Source: Actinomycetota bacterium (GTDB lineage: Bacteria; Actinomycetota; Actinomycetes; S36-B12). From it: a stretch of DNA of 64,000 nucleotides. Both the position numbers and the translations under genes were made by a program. The notes under the pieces were generated by a model. That model worked only from the letters and a program-made list of their open reading frames with translations. It ran no database searches and was not told the DNA's origin. The DNA lies in the NCBI GenBank assembly GCA_017857875.1, contig JAFMCH010000001.1:67745-131744 (forward strand). The letters run 5' to 3'. Positions 1 through 11,016 of this stretch are shown here, piece by piece; position 1 is the first letter of the stretch; the number at the start of each line of letters is the position of its first letter.

Positions 1-473
1 ACGCCACCACTGGTGGTGCTCGGTGCGAACGTGTCGCGGATGCCATCGGGTGCCAAGACCAAAACACCGCCCGGATCAAGATGCGCGGCAGCCGTGATTA
101 ACATGCGCTCAACGTCTTCGGGATCAATCAGATAGTCAATGGCATCGTGCACGAGTACCGCATCGAACTGCTCGCCGAGCCGCACCGAGCGCATGTCGGC
201 ACACACATGCCGGCAATCAGGATTCAAATCGCGCGACACGGCGAGCATCGATTCCGAAAGATCAACCAGCGTGCGGTCATAGTCGTGCAGATGAGACGCC
301 ACATGCCCGCCACCACTACCCAACTCCAGTAGTCGACCAGGCTTTCCCAGAGCACCACGTAGACGGGGAATCTCATCGACGTACTCCTCTGGTGGTGAAA
401 TCAGCGGCCACCATGGGGCTAGGTCGGTATAGAGTCGATGCGCGTAATCTTCAGGCACGTATTCTTGATGCAT
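1..473 (-). CDS. class I SAM-dependent methyltransferase (partial; C-terminus lies beyond the window start)
   Basis: My own reverse-strand translation from ATG (complement of 471-473) reads MHQEYVPEDYAHRLYTDLAPWW...GRLLELGSGGGHVASHL...AVLVHDAIDYL. It contains the motif I LELGSGGG. The frame is open to position 1. It is not in the ORF track because it has no stop. Confidence 0.7.
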   Translation of the reverse strand, partial: MHQEYVPEDYAHRLYTDLAPWWPLISPPEEYVDEIPRLRGALGKPGRLLELGSGGGHVASHLHDYDRTLVDLSESMLAVSRDLNPDCRHVCADMRSVRLGEQFDAVLVHDAIDYLIDPEDVERMLITAAAHLDPGGVLVLAPDGIRDTFAPSTTSGG

Positions 474-538
474 ACCGGCGACTGTAATTCCTCTGCGCCG
501 GGCTTCACTGGAGCCGTGTTAAGCACACATCGTGGTCA

Positions 539-781
539 TCACACATATGGGCAATGGCGGCAGCCGCTGGCACAGCAGAATCCTCGCTTGGCGTGGTTGG
601 CCGCCGTCATCACGAAGAAACCGGTCACCGGATCAAGATATCCCGGCGATCCAGCCACCATCGCCGCCTCATGCCGGGCGCAAATGAGTTCGTAGTCTGC
701 TCGGTCTGGCGCCAGTCGATCCGGGTGCGGCGTGGTCAGGGGTCGCGCAGCCAACGCGTCGCTTTCCCTGGGCTTCATCAC
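539..781 (-). CDS. DUF5522-type small Cys-rich protein
   Basis: 80 aa ORF ending in RGFCCASGCRHCPYV, the C-terminal CCxxGCRHCPY signature I associate with DUF5522. Confidence 0.65.
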   Translation of the reverse strand: MMKPRESDALAARPLTTPHPDRLAPDRADYELICARHEAAMVAGSPGYLDPVTGFFVMTAANHAKRGFCCASGCRHCPYV

Positions 782-878
782 CGCTCAACGTTAGCCAACT
801 CCGATTCTTCGTGCATCCGCGCAGTCGGTGAGTGGACGACCTACGGTGGTCATCGGTATCTCAACGTAAGGTGCTTAC

Positions 879-3380
879 ATGAATATCGGTGGACGGTGGT
901 CGGTTGCCATCGCCAGCACCGCTCTGGCTCTTGCCCTTCCGCTGGCCAGTTCTGGTGCTGCTCCTTGGCAAGCGTCCGTGGCCACCGCCCAGGTCAGCCC
1001 AACCGCAATCACTCTTGACGGTGGTCCCACGTCAGCCACCGACGCGACGCCGGTCCGACTAGACGCCGACCTCTACGTGCCCAATCGAACTCCCGCACCA
1101 GCCGTCGTACTAGCCCACGGCTTTGGCGGCAGCAAAACTTCGGTGGCTGAAGACGCCCAGTATCTGGTGGATCGTGGTTTCGTCGTGTTGACCTATTCAG
1201 CGCGCGGATTTGGCTCCTCTACCGGGCAAATATCAGTTAACGCGCCAGACTTCGAGGTCGCCGACGCCGCCCAACTCATTTCCTACCTGGCCGGGGTCCC
1301 TGAGGTGAGCCAACAAACCCAAGGTGACCCGGTGGTTGGCTTTGGTGGCGGCTCCTATGGCGGAGCACTCTCGCTGATGATCGCCGGATACGACCTGCGC
1401 GTTGATGCAATTGCAGCGGACATCACGTGGAACGATCTGCAATCCTCGTTGTTCCCCCAGAGCAGCGTTACATCCACCGAAACGGGTGTCTACAAACAAC
1501 TATGGTCCGCGCTATTTTTCAGTTCCGGCCTCACCTCCGGCCCGGTAGACACTTGTGGCCGCTTCACTCAAGCCTGGTGCGACGCCTACAATCTCGCAGC
1601 CACGACCGGCACCATTACTCCCGCAGGTGTCGAACTCATGCGCGCTTCATCACCAGCGACCATCACCGAGAATATTCAAGTACCCACCCTGCTGGGCGGC
1701 GGACAATCCGATTCGCTCTTTCCCCTTGACCAAGTCAACGCAAACGCCGAACAAATTTCCGCCGCACACCCCGACACGCCTTTGAAGGTTGTCTGGCACG
1801 CCCAGGGTCACGACGGCGGTGTTAACGAAACCGATCGCCTCCGTGAACTCACAGCCAACTGGTTTGATGCCCACCTGGCAAACGGTCCGTCGGTCTCCAC
1901 CGACTTTGAAGTGTCTCTCGTGGAGGGCTCGGCAATCAGTGACCGCGCCGCCGGGACCGTCTCGGTTCTCAGTGCATCGACGTATCCGGGGATCTCTGGG
2001 GATGAAAATTCAACCTTTACATTAATGGGCCCGCCGCAACAGATCTTGGCTCCGGCTGGCGGTGTACCTGCAGCGATAACGGCCTTGCCGGGCCTCGGCG
2101 GATTTGGAGCACTGGCTCGTTCGGCACTTGGTTTACCACTACCACGGCAGTCTGCCGCCTTTATTTCACAACCACTCGAAACTGCTGGGCGAATCATCGG
2201 CTCACCGACCGCAACCTTTGAGATCTCTGCCGGCAAAGTCACCACGGATGTCACGATCTTTGCCAGCGTCCGCATCGTGTCGGGCAATGATCGCCAGTCA
2301 CTACCCAAGGGCCTGGTTTCACCCATTCGCATTGATCAGGTCGGCCCTGAACCGGTCGAGGTCACCGTCGCACTGCCCACCATCGTGACCGAGTGGGCCG
2401 CTGGTGATCGACTGGCTTTGGCGCTGGTGACCACCGATCAGGCATATCGAATGCCGGCTGGTCCTGCCGTCTACACGGTTGCCCTCACCAACTCGATTCT
2501 GCAGGTTCCCAACGTTTCCACCACAGCAAGCGCAGGCGGCATTCCACCGTGGGCCTGGGTGGCCGGGGCCCTGGTCCTGGTCTTGATCATTGCTGTTGCG
2601 GTGCGACTGGCTCGCCCCCGAACACCAACTCCAACAACAGATCCCGAGTTGGTCGGTGACCCTGTTGCGGTGCGCGATCTAGTGCAGGAATTTTCCGGCG
2701 GTCTGCGCGCGGTTGATGGTGTCACGTTTACTGTGCCGCGCGGGGTGGTGCTCGGACTCCTTGGCCCCAATGGGGCTGGAAAGACCACCACCATGCGGAT
2801 GGTGATGGGCCTGCTTCGCCCCACCGAAGGCGCCGTGTACGTGTTTGGAGAACGAATACGAGCCGGGGCGCCGGTGTTGGCCCGGGTGGGATCCTTCGTA
2901 GAAGGTCCCGGTTTCCTGCCCCACCTGTCGGGGCGAGCAAACCTCGATATCTACTGGCGTGCCAGTGGCCGCATTGGTGATCCACACCTGGACGAGGTGT
3001 TGCAGATCGCGGGGCTCGGCGATGCTGTCGACCGCAAAGTGCGCACCTACAGCCAAGGGATGCGCCAGCGACTAGGCATTGCTCAAGCCATGCTCGGATT
3101 ACCGGACCTACTCATGCTGGACGAACCGACTAACGGCCTTGATCCACCACAGATTCGACACATGCGTCAGGTGGTCCACGACTACGCCGCAACCGGGCGC
3201 ACAGTCATCATCTCGTCTCACCTGCTCGCCGAGGTCGAACAAACATGCTCCCATGTTGTTGTGATGAACCACGGCAAAGTCATCTCGGAGGGCACCGTCG
3301 TGAGTCTCCTGGCAGGGCGTACCGGTCTTCGCCTCGAGGATGTCTTCCTCGAGTTGGTCGGAGAGGGGCACGGAGTATGA
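879..3380 (+). CDS. fusion protein: signal peptide + alpha/beta hydrolase (S15 / CocE-NonD-like) + one TM helix + ABC transporter ATP-binding domain
   Basis: Single 833 aa ORF. The N-terminus MNIGGRWSVAIASTALALALPLASSGAAPWQA resembles a signal peptide. The hydrolase part has AHGFGGSK and a GGSYGG nucleophile elbow. The TM helix is PPWAWVAGALVLVLIIAVAVRLA followed by RPR. The NBD has Walker A GPNGAGKTT, signature YSQGMRQRLGIA and Walker B LLMLDEPTNGLD. Confidence 0.85.
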   Translation: MNIGGRWSVAIASTALALALPLASSGAAPWQASVATAQVSPTAITLDGGPTSATDATPVRLDADLYVPNRTPAPAVVLAHGFGGSKTSVAEDAQYLVDRGFVVLTYSARGFGSSTGQISVNAPDFEVADAAQLISYLAGVPEVSQQTQGDPVVGFGGGSYGGALSLMIAGYDLRVDAIAADITWNDLQSSLFPQSSVTSTETGVYKQLWSALFFSSGLTSGPVDTCGRFTQAWCDAYNLAATTGTITPAGVELMRASSPATITENIQVPTLLGGGQSDSLFPLDQVNANAEQISAAHPDTPLKVVWHAQGHDGGVNETDRLRELTANWFDAHLANGPSVSTDFEVSLVEGSAISDRAAGTVSVLSASTYPGISGDENSTFTLMGPPQQILAPAGGVPAAITALPGLGGFGALARSALGLPLPRQSAAFISQPLETAGRIIGSPTATFEISAGKVTTDVTIFASVRIVSGNDRQSLPKGLVSPIRIDQVGPEPVEVTVALPTIVTEWAAGDRLALALVTTDQAYRMPAGPAVYTVALTNSILQVPNVSTTASAGGIPPWAWVAGALVLVLIIAVAVRLARPRTPTPTTDPELVGDPVAVRDLVQEFSGGLRAVDGVTFTVPRGVVLGLLGPNGAGKTTTMRMVMGLLRPTEGAVYVFGERIRAGAPVLARVGSFVEGPGFLPHLSGRANLDIYWRASGRIGDPHLDEVLQIAGLGDAVDRKVRTYSQGMRQRLGIAQAMLGLPDLLMLDEPTNGLDPPQIRHMRQVVHDYAATGRTVIISSHLLAEVEQTCSHVVVMNHGKVISEGTVVSLLAGRTGLRLEDVFLELVGEGHGV

Positions 3381-4261
3381 CCATTAACGCGTCAGCGCCC
3401 GACTCGAACGTTGGTGAGGTGACCTATAACGCACGCCACACGCTGACGGTGCCCACGGAATTCATCCGCCAGGTGCGTCGCAAGCGAACCTTGATCGCTT
3501 TCATCTTGGTGATAGCCCTGCCCATCATCGTGGTGGCTGCCGTGAAATTTGGACCCTCCGGCAATGGTGGTGGGGGCTTCGGAGACGGGGATCTTGACCT
3601 CGTGGGTCTGGCCACATTCGGGGCCTGGAATTTCACACTCACGATGCTCTTTTTTGGCTCTGGGTTTCTCTTCACCATCCTGGCCGCCATGTTCCTCGGC
3701 GACACCGTGGCCAGTGAGGCCAGCTGGTCCACGATGCGCTATCTACTCGCAGCGCCCGTGCCGCGACGAAGGCTCTTGCGAGCCAAGATCATCGTTGGAC
3801 TTCTCCTGACCTTCTTGGTCATGGTGACGCTCATTGTCACCTCGTTCATCATCGGACTGATTGCTTTCGGGTCGCAAAACCTCAACAGCCCACTGAGTGG
3901 CACATTCACGACCGCCGAATCCCTACAGCGGTTGGCAGTGATTTCGCTTTACATCACCATCACGCTCTTGGTTCCAGCTGGTATTGCATTCTTGTTGAGC
4001 GTCTCGACCGACGTTCCCTTGGGAGCTGTCGGTGGCGCTGTAGTCATCGTCATCGTGGCGAACATCCTCGACGCTATCGAGGCCCTCGGTGACCTACGTC
4101 GACTCCTGCCCACCGACTATGGCGGCTCATGGATCGATGCGCTCGGCAGCACGATCGTGTGGGATGACATGGCCATCGGCGCTGCCTACAGCATCAGCGT
4201 TTTTGCCATCCTCATCGGCGTTGCCATCGTGAAGTTCGACCGGAAAAACATTTTGTCGTAA
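3377..4261 (+). CDS. ABC-2 type transporter permease
   Basis: ATG at 3377 overlaps the upstream TGA (ATGA). The 294 aa protein has about 6 hydrophobic segments. The N-terminus (FIRQVRRKRTLIAFILVIALPIIVVAA) is typical of ABC-2 permeases. The longer track ORF from 3245 would overlap the NBD. Confidence 0.8.
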   Translation: MTINASAPDSNVGEVTYNARHTLTVPTEFIRQVRRKRTLIAFILVIALPIIVVAAVKFGPSGNGGGGFGDGDLDLVGLATFGAWNFTLTMLFFGSGFLFTILAAMFLGDTVASEASWSTMRYLLAAPVPRRRLLRAKIIVGLLLTFLVMVTLIVTSFIIGLIAFGSQNLNSPLSGTFTTAESLQRLAVISLYITITLLVPAGIAFLLSVSTDVPLGAVGGAVVIVIVANILDAIEALGDLRRLLPTDYGGSWIDALGSTIVWDDMAIGAAYSISVFAILIGVAIVKFDRKNILS

Positions 4262-4276
4262 CGGCGAAGCGGTCTC

Positions 4277-5617
4277 GTGCCTGCCCGAATCAGCCGACCA
4301 CGTTGGCCCCGGGCTCAACAAGCGCGGTGCAGATACGCTGACGACGTGGCACTGGCCAATCTTCGGTCTGTTTTGCGCGTCCGGGCGTTTCGACGCCTTT
4401 ATGCCACGCGTCTCCTCGGGCAGGGTGCCGACGGCCTGCTTCAGTCAGCATTGGCAACCTTCGTGCTCTTTTCACCCGAACGTCAGCCCACCGCAGCAAG
4501 CGTTGCCGGCGCGTTCGCGGTGCTTTTTCTCCCGTATTCCTTGATCGGACCCTTCGCCGGCGTCCTACTTGACCGTTGGCGCCGCCGCCAGGTGTTGGTC
4601 TACGCGAACCTCATTCGAGCGGTGATTGTCATCGTCGTCGCAATCGTTGTAGGCCAGCGTCACGACGGGCTCTCACTTGCCGTTGTCGTTCTCATCGTTT
4701 TGGGAGTGGGACGTTTCGTACTCGCCGGGCTATCGGCCTCGTTACCCCATGTGGTGGACGGACGGCTGCTGATTACCGCGAATGCCCTCACGCCGACCTC
4801 GGGCACCATTGCCGCCGCGATCGGTGGCCTATGTGGTGTCGGTATTCGCCAGGTGGTCGGCGGTGGAGACACTGGCAGCGTTGTCGTATTAATGTGCGCA
4901 ACCGCCGGTTATCTGCTTGCCGCAACACCGATGCTCAGCCTGGCCCGCGGTCGGTTAGGTCCTGATGGCACCACCGTGGGTGACAGCGCCCGCGACGTCG
5001 TGCGCGGCTTCGCCGACGGATATCTAGCTTTGCGTCAACATCCCATCGCCGGGCGCGCAGTGCTTGTCGTCGTCGTGCAACGCCTCGTCTTCGGCGCGCT
5101 CACAGTCATCGCATTACTGCTCACCCGGAACACACTGGGCGCCAACGGGGATCCAGACGCTGCTTTAGCCCAATTCGCACTCATTACGGCAGGTGCCGCG
5201 ATGGGCGCATTACTCGGTGCCCTCGTGACCCCAGGTCAAGCGCGCAAATTCGGTTTCGTCCGATGGAGTGTGGCGATCTTGATTCAGGCAGCCGTTGTCG
5301 TGCCGACCGGTTGCTTCCTCGCCGCCTATCAGGCCCAGATTGCCCCTTTGGTCTGCGCTGCCTTCTCGCTGGGGTTTGCCTCCCAGGGCATCAAAGTATG
5401 CAGCGACACGCTCGTCCAACTACATGTGGACGATCACTTCCTGGGCCGAGTGTTCGCTCTGTTTGACGTAGCGGTCAATGCCGCTCTCGTCGCTGGCGTC
5501 ACCATCGTCGCCTTCAGCGCACCCGACTCAGGAATTGCTCCCGTTGTGTACATCGGTGTTGGAATCGCGCTGGGTGCCACCGCAGTCGTCTACCGACGCT
5601 ATAGGGTCTTCGCGTGA
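4277..5617 (+). CDS. MFS transporter
   Basis: 446 aa polytopic membrane ORF with about 12 hydrophobic segments and MFS-like loops (LLDRWRRRQVLV). The start is uncertain; an in-frame GTG at 4346 is an alternative. Confidence 0.7.
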   Translation: MPARISRPRWPRAQQARCRYADDVALANLRSVLRVRAFRRLYATRLLGQGADGLLQSALATFVLFSPERQPTAASVAGAFAVLFLPYSLIGPFAGVLLDRWRRRQVLVYANLIRAVIVIVVAIVVGQRHDGLSLAVVVLIVLGVGRFVLAGLSASLPHVVDGRLLITANALTPTSGTIAAAIGGLCGVGIRQVVGGGDTGSVVVLMCATAGYLLAATPMLSLARGRLGPDGTTVGDSARDVVRGFADGYLALRQHPIAGRAVLVVVVQRLVFGALTVIALLLTRNTLGANGDPDAALAQFALITAGAAMGALLGALVTPGQARKFGFVRWSVAILIQAAVVVPTGCFLAAYQAQIAPLVCAAFSLGFASQGIKVCSDTLVQLHVDDHFLGRVFALFDVAVNAALVAGVTIVAFSAPDSGIAPVVYIGVGIALGATAVVYRRYRVFA

Positions 5618-6849
5618 CCCGTCTACGCGTAGTGGCAAGCATTCTTGCCTTTGCCCTCGCTGTCGTCCTACTTCCCGTGGGTATTACCGGGTTTTGGGCT
5701 CAGCGAACAGTCACCGACACCGAGCGGTTCTTGGAGACGGTCGACCCCTTGTCAGAAGACGCTGAGATTCAAACGGCCATGGCAACATACTTGGCTGACC
5801 GGATCGAAGAGCAGATCAACCCCGAGCAACTCCTCGACGAAATCTTCGGTGATCTGGTCAAGGAGCGTCCCTCACTCAAACTGATCGAACCGGTTATTCT
5901 TGGGGCGATTGATTCCCTCATCAACCAGGTCACGTTGCGAATCGTCCAGTCCGATCAATTCCAGGGTCTGTGGTCCTTTGCCACCACAGCCGCCCAACGT
6001 TCACTGATGGCTATTTTGCAGGGCGATGACGACGGCCCGGTCAATCTGGATGGGGACTCAATAGTTCTCGATACCTCGGCACTCTTTGAGGCGATCAAAC
6101 AGGGCCTGGTCGATCGAGGGTTCGGTTTCGCGGCAAATATCAATGTGCCCCAGACAGATCAGCAAATAGTGCTGCTAGAAGCACCCCAGTTGGCGCAACT
6201 GCGTACGATTTATTCGTTGGCCTCACCGGTGCTGACGTATCTGCTTTTCCTCTCCATCGGGTTGTTCGTGCTATCTGTCGCATTGGCCCGCAGGCGCCCA
6301 CGAGCTACTGCCCTGGTCGGTGTGGCAACCGCGATCATCGGTCTCGGTCTGGTTATCGGTCTCAATGTCGGGCGACAAACGTTTGATAACACTCTGGCCA
6401 CGACGCCCCTTGGTCCGGCCTCAACGGTCTTCTACGACACCCTGTTGAAGTTCCTCCTCAATGCAGCATCGGTCACCCTCCTCCTTGGTCTGATCATCTT
6501 CGTGTGCGGCTGGTGGCTCAGCCGGTCGGCAATCGCCCTTGAATTGCGCGCTACCCATCGCAAACTGGCCGAGCGCACCGCCAGCGCGCTCCCAGTTGGT
6601 CCGATCACTCACGCATCAGCGAAGGTGCGGTCTCGCGCACGTGGGCTACGCATCGGTATCGCGGCCATTTTCGTGCTGATCGTCGTGATCGGCGCCGACT
6701 TGACCGTGACGCGCACGATTATCGCGGCGCTCATCTCACTGCTGCTGCTAGAAATCGTGGCTGTCATGAGTGCGCGGGCCGACCTGGACGAATCCGGTTC
6801 TACACCCGCTCCCGCAGATGCGTCAGCGGGCAGCCCACCAAGCCCGTAG
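5614..6849 (+). CDS. integral membrane protein of unknown function
   Basis: 411 aa ORF with a GTG start overlapping the MFS stop. It has an N-terminal TM helix, a soluble region of about 190 aa, then several TM helices. I recognise no family. Confidence 0.55.
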   Translation: MTRLRVVASILAFALAVVLLPVGITGFWAQRTVTDTERFLETVDPLSEDAEIQTAMATYLADRIEEQINPEQLLDEIFGDLVKERPSLKLIEPVILGAIDSLINQVTLRIVQSDQFQGLWSFATTAAQRSLMAILQGDDDGPVNLDGDSIVLDTSALFEAIKQGLVDRGFGFAANINVPQTDQQIVLLEAPQLAQLRTIYSLASPVLTYLLFLSIGLFVLSVALARRRPRATALVGVATAIIGLGLVIGLNVGRQTFDNTLATTPLGPASTVFYDTLLKFLLNAASVTLLLGLIIFVCGWWLSRSAIALELRATHRKLAERTASALPVGPITHASAKVRSRARGLRIGIAAIFVLIVVIGADLTVTRTIIAALISLLLLEIVAVMSARADLDESGSTPAPADASAGSPPSP

Positions 6850-8280
6850 TTGGGCCGCGGCTTCAGCCGGTGCCAAGGGGCCCTGGTCTAGCCGCAACTC
6901 CAGTAGGAAGCGGTACGCCTCGCCTATCTCACGCCCTGGACCAATACCAAGAATTTCCATGATCTGGTTGCCGTCGAGATCTGGGCGCATGGCTGCAAGT
7001 TCCTCTGCCTCAGACAACTCAGCAATGCGTTGTTCTAGGTCGTCGTAGGAACGCTGGAGTGAACGGGCACGCTTTTGATTTCGGGTCGTGCAATCAGCGC
7101 GAGTGAGTTTATGCAGTCTGGTGAGCTGATCTTGCGCATCACGCACGTAGCGTCGAACAGCTGAGTCAGTCCAGGCCCCGGCTCCATAACCATGGAACCG
7201 CAGATGCAGTTCGGTGAGCATTGCCACCTCATCGACAATCTGATTCGAAAAACGCAGAGCCTGTAGCCGTTTACGCACCATCCGTGCGCCAACTACCTCG
7301 TGATGGTGAAACGACACTCCACCATTGGATTCGAACTTGCGGGTGCGTGGTTTGCCGATGTCATGCAGGAGTGCCGACAGGCGCAGCACCAGGTCTGGCT
7401 CACTTGTGGGAACGTGCGATTGCTCCAAAGCGATGGCCTGCTCGAGAACGATCAGTGAATGTTCATAAACATCTTTGTGCCGATGATGCTCATCAACCTC
7501 CAACCGCAAGGCCGGAAGTTCGGGCAACACATGATCAGCCAGGCCGGTATTACAAAGAATCTCCAAACCCAGGCGTGGACGCGGTGATAGCAAGATCTTG
7601 ACGAATTCATCCCGCACACGTTCGGGTGACACGATCGCGATCCGTTCGGCCATCTGTGTCATCGCGTCTATCACCGATGCATCAACAATCATGCCTAGTT
7701 GCGCGGCAAACCGAGCCGCGCGCATCATGCGTAGCGGATCATCATTGAAGGACTCAGCCGCGGTGATCGGGGTGCGTAGAACCCCATGTTCAAGATCGGC
7801 CATCCCACCGTGCCGGTCTACGAACTCCAGGCTGGGCAGCCGCACCGCCATCGCGTTGACCGTGAAATCCCGGCGCGAAAGATCCCCCTCAAGGCTCGAT
7901 CCGAAGGTCACCTCGGGCTTGCGGGATTCTGGTTGATAGGACTCAGCCCGATACGTCGTGATCTCCAGATCTCGATCCCCACGCCGAATTGCAACGGTCC
8001 CAAAACGGATCCCCACCTCCCACACCGAGTCGGCCCAGCCATCTACCAACTGGAGTATCTGCTCTGGATGCGCATCGGTGGTGAGGTCTAAATCGCTGGC
8101 CTGAGTGAGTCGTCCGATCATGGTGTCCCGCACTGACCCCCCGACGAGGGAGATCTCATGACCTGCGCGGACAAATCGGCTCACGAGTTCAGCCAACTCA
8201 TCGGAGATCGCGATCAACTGAGCGGCTCCCTGCGCTCGGGTGGTCGCGTTGAGTTCAGGGGAGGCCTCTTGATGGCTCAC
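6823..8280 (-). CDS. cca: CCA tRNA nucleotidyltransferase (poly(A) polymerase/CCA-adding family with HD domain)
   Basis: 485 aa ORF with the nucleotidyltransferase motif LVGGSVRD...[12 protein letters not shown], and the HD region LHDIGKP. Its position matches Rv3907c next to NUDIX and DUF6049. Confidence 0.85.
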   Translation of the reverse strand: MSHQEASPELNATTRAQGAAQLIAISDELAELVSRFVRAGHEISLVGGSVRDTMIGRLTQASDLDLTTDAHPEQILQLVDGWADSVWEVGIRFGTVAIRRGDRDLEITTYRAESYQPESRKPEVTFGSSLEGDLSRRDFTVNAMAVRLPSLEFVDRHGGMADLEHGVLRTPITAAESFNDDPLRMMRAARFAAQLGMIVDASVIDAMTQMAERIAIVSPERVRDEFVKILLSPRPRLGLEILCNTGLADHVLPELPALRLEVDEHHRHKDVYEHSLIVLEQAIALEQSHVPTSEPDLVLRLSALLHDIGKPRTRKFESNGGVSFHHHEVVGARMVRKRLQALRFSNQIVDEVAMLTELHLRFHGYGAGAWTDSAVRRYVRDAQDQLTRLHKLTRADCTTRNQKRARSLQRSYDDLEQRIAELSEAEELAAMRPDLDGNQIMEILGIGPGREIGEAYRFLLELRLDQGPLAPAEAAAQLRAWWAAR

Positions 8281-8392
8281 CGGCTACTCAACTCCCACAC
8301 GGGGCACCACCCTAGAGGCAGGCGTTCACATCAGCGTGGGCCGACACCACGCCTTACCCGAGAGTCGGATTCCCTGCGGTTATCCTCAGGGC

Positions 8393-8896
8393 ATGTCCCC
8401 TCCGATCGACCCGGCTGCTACCCCGGCGTCACTTCCCGCGCAGCGGCGCACCCCTGCCGCGATGCCGCAGGTTGAGGAGACCTCGGCTGGTGGCCTCGTC
8501 TTTGATCTGTCCGAAGCCGAACCCCGCGCCGCACTGATTGCCCGCTATGACCGGCGGGGACGGCTCATCTGGTCGCTTCCCAAGGGCCATCTGGAAAGCG
8601 GTGAAACCGCACAGGATGCCGCTCTACGTGAGGTTGAAGAAGAAACTGGAATCATCGGTCGGGTGATGGCGCCACTGGGCACCATTGATTTCTGGTTCAT
8701 CGCCGAAAACCGTCGAATCCACAAAACTGTCCACCACTACCTGATGGAGGCTGCTGGCGGTGAGTTATCGGATGCCGATGCTGAAGTAGAGCAAGTGGCG
8801 TGGGTCAGCCTCTCCGACCTACCCAAGCGCCTGGCGTATGCCGATGAGCGGCGCCTGCTCGATCAAGTCCCAAAACTGCTGGCTGATACGGGGTGA
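8393..8896 (+). CDS. NUDIX hydrolase (MutT4-like)
   Basis: Nudix box [22 protein letters not shown]. It is divergent from cca as in mycobacteria. I chose the ATG at 8393; the track ORF begins at 8336. Confidence 0.8.
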   Translation: MSPPIDPAATPASLPAQRRTPAAMPQVEETSAGGLVFDLSEAEPRAALIARYDRRGRLIWSLPKGHLESGETAQDAALREVEEETGIIGRVMAPLGTIDFWFIAENRRIHKTVHHYLMEAAGGELSDADAEVEQVAWVSLSDLPKRLAYADERRLLDQVPKLLADTG

Positions 8897-11016
8897 CCCA
8901 GCGCAATGTGCTCATACGGGCGCTGACCTTGGCCCTGGTTGCGGCCCTCACGTGGACACTCGCGGGAGCCGGGGCCTGGTCACCATCGGCCCGCGCCGAC
9001 GATGAGCCACTCAGTTCGGCCGCACAAATCTCCATCACCGACCTCACCCCGACTGCTCCAAATCTCCGAAGCACCCTGACGATTTCCGGCAAAGTCGCCA
9101 ACCTGGGGTCACTGAACTTGAGTGAATTATCGGTGCGCCTCACGATTTCGCCTGAGCCACTCGCCAGTCGGGCCGCGATCAACGAGGTAGCCGGAGCGGC
9201 GAATACTTTCGACGGCTTTGCCCTCGGCGAGACAACCACCAGTGTGGCAGCCGTGCTCGCCCCCGGGCGCCAGCGAGACTTCGAACTCCGCGTCCCTCTG
9301 GAGCAGATACCGCTACCGAGGGCGGGTGTGTACGTGGTTGGAGTACAACTCGTCGGCATTGATCCCAATATCGGATACGCGGTCCTCGCGGTTGACCGCT
9401 CATTCCTTCCGTGGATGCCCGATGACCCAGACGCCCCCCTCAACATTGTCTGGCTGTGGCCACTATCGACCTGGCCCGGGCGAACGCCAGACGGTGTTCT
9501 CCTCGGCGACCTCATCGCCCGCGAGATCTCCGCCGGTGGACGCCTCGATCGACTACTCAACATTGGTTCGCAATCCGCGAAGGCCATCTCATGGATCTTG
9601 GACCCAGCCCTGCTGCAAACCGTGGCAGCAATGGAGTCTGGCTACATCGTTGACAACGCTGGCGTTCTCCAGCCAGGAACTCAGGAGCCGGAGGCTCGAC
9701 GTTGGCAGCAGTCACTGCAAAAAGCCGCCAGAACTCAACCCATGTGGACTCTGCCCTATGCCGATATCGACGCAGAGGCGCTCCTGCGCGCAGGGCTGGA
9801 AAGAGATGTCGTTCGGGCCATCACCAGCGGTCCGATCACCGCCCGAGCGGCCAGTGATGTGACCTCCCTAGGCACCATTTATTGGGCACCGAGTGGGCGA
9901 TTAGACGCCAGCGCACTCAACGTGTTGGCTTCAGCCGGTGTGTCGACGGTTGTGCTGCGCAGCGGTGCCACACCGCCAGAGCCGTCGGTGCCTTTCACCC
10001 CCACCGGCGCGGTCGATATCGATACGCAGTTCGGGCCGATTCGAGGAGCGATCATCGATTCGGGCTTGGCTGCCACCTTGCGAATGCCCCAGGGAAATGC
10101 GGCAGAGATTCTGCTTGCCCGGCAAAGATTTGTCGCCGAGACCGCGTTCGTGTCGCTGGAGGATCCCACCCTGGAGCGCACGTTGGTGATGGGACCCGGA
10201 GACCCGCAATGGCGCGGTAGTCCACGATTGCTGCGCGGCCTCCTGGCATCCATTCAACTGAGTCCGTGGATGGAGTCATTGGGTTTCGATGATTTCCTGG
10301 CCAATCCCCCCAGCTCGGTGTCTCGAGCAATCAGCCCGTACACGGCCGCCCAAAAGGACCGGGAACTGCCGGTCACGTACGTCGATCGCATTGTCACCGC
10401 CCAGGAATCCCTCGGGGTACTTCGGTCGGTAGTGGAAAACCCCATCGACATCACCGAACCCATCGCTGCTGCCCTGCTTCGATCTGGATCAGCCGCCTGG
10501 CGTACCCGTACGACCAACGGGGTGGAGCTCATCACCTCAATACAAGACGACCTCGACGCGGACATCGGGCTAGTCAGCATTGTGTCCAAGGGCACGGTCA
10601 CATTCAGCGGCGATACCGGTCGGGTGCCAATCACGGTAGCCAATGACTTCGATCGGCCCATCAAAATCGGACTCCGACTTGAAGGGCAGCCCGCTGCTCG
10701 GCTCGTGGCGAGTGATCTGACCACAGTGTCCATTGACGCCGGCAAGCGCGCGAGCCTGGAAGTGCCGATCAGGATCGTCGGCGGTGAACCGCTTCCGGTG
10801 GTGGTCCAACTGCTGACTCCTGCCGGTGAGCCCTTCGGCTCGAACAGCACACTCACGTTGCAAACCACCGCCTACTCACGTGCGGCACTCTGGGTTTCGG
10901 TAGGCGCAGCAGTCGTGTTGGTCCTGCTGGTCATTGCTGACACCTGGCGCCGAGCACGACAACGCAGGCGTCTCGCTCACGCAAATGATGACGAGTGGGA
11001 CGAGATGTCGCAGTGA
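8893..11016 (+). CDS. DUF6049-like secreted/membrane-anchored protein (Rv3909 position)
   Basis: 707 aa ORF whose GTG start overlaps the NUDIX stop. It has a signal peptide ([26 protein letters not shown]) and a C-terminal TM helix ([19 protein letters not shown]) followed by a basic tail. It lies between the NUDIX gene and murJ. Confidence 0.65.
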   Translation: MTQRNVLIRALTLALVAALTWTLAGAGAWSPSARADDEPLSSAAQISITDLTPTAPNLRSTLTISGKVANLGSLNLSELSVRLTISPEPLASRAAINEVAGAANTFDGFALGETTTSVAAVLAPGRQRDFELRVPLEQIPLPRAGVYVVGVQLVGIDPNIGYAVLAVDRSFLPWMPDDPDAPLNIVWLWPLSTWPGRTPDGVLLGDLIAREISAGGRLDRLLNIGSQSAKAISWILDPALLQTVAAMESGYIVDNAGVLQPGTQEPEARRWQQSLQKAARTQPMWTLPYADIDAEALLRAGLERDVVRAITSGPITARAASDVTSLGTIYWAPSGRLDASALNVLASAGVSTVVLRSGATPPEPSVPFTPTGAVDIDTQFGPIRGAIIDSGLAATLRMPQGNAAEILLARQRFVAETAFVSLEDPTLERTLVMGPGDPQWRGSPRLLRGLLASIQLSPWMESLGFDDFLANPPSSVSRAISPYTAAQKDRELPVTYVDRIVTAQESLGVLRSVVENPIDITEPIAAALLRSGSAAWRTRTTNGVELITSIQDDLDADIGLVSIVSKGTVTFSGDTGRVPITVANDFDRPIKIGLRLEGQPAARLVASDLTTVSIDAGKRASLEVPIRIVGGEPLPVVVQLLTPAGEPFGSNSTLTLQTTAYSRAALWVSVGAAVVLVLLVIADTWRRARQRRRLAHANDDEWDEMSQ

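Noticed and set aside
8805-9587. 260 aa minus-strand ORF overlapping the NUDIX 3' end and the DUF6049 5' part
   Set aside because: It is antisense to two translationally coupled plus-strand genes with coherent features (Nudix box, signal peptide). Its composition is Arg/Ser/Pro/Ala-biased.
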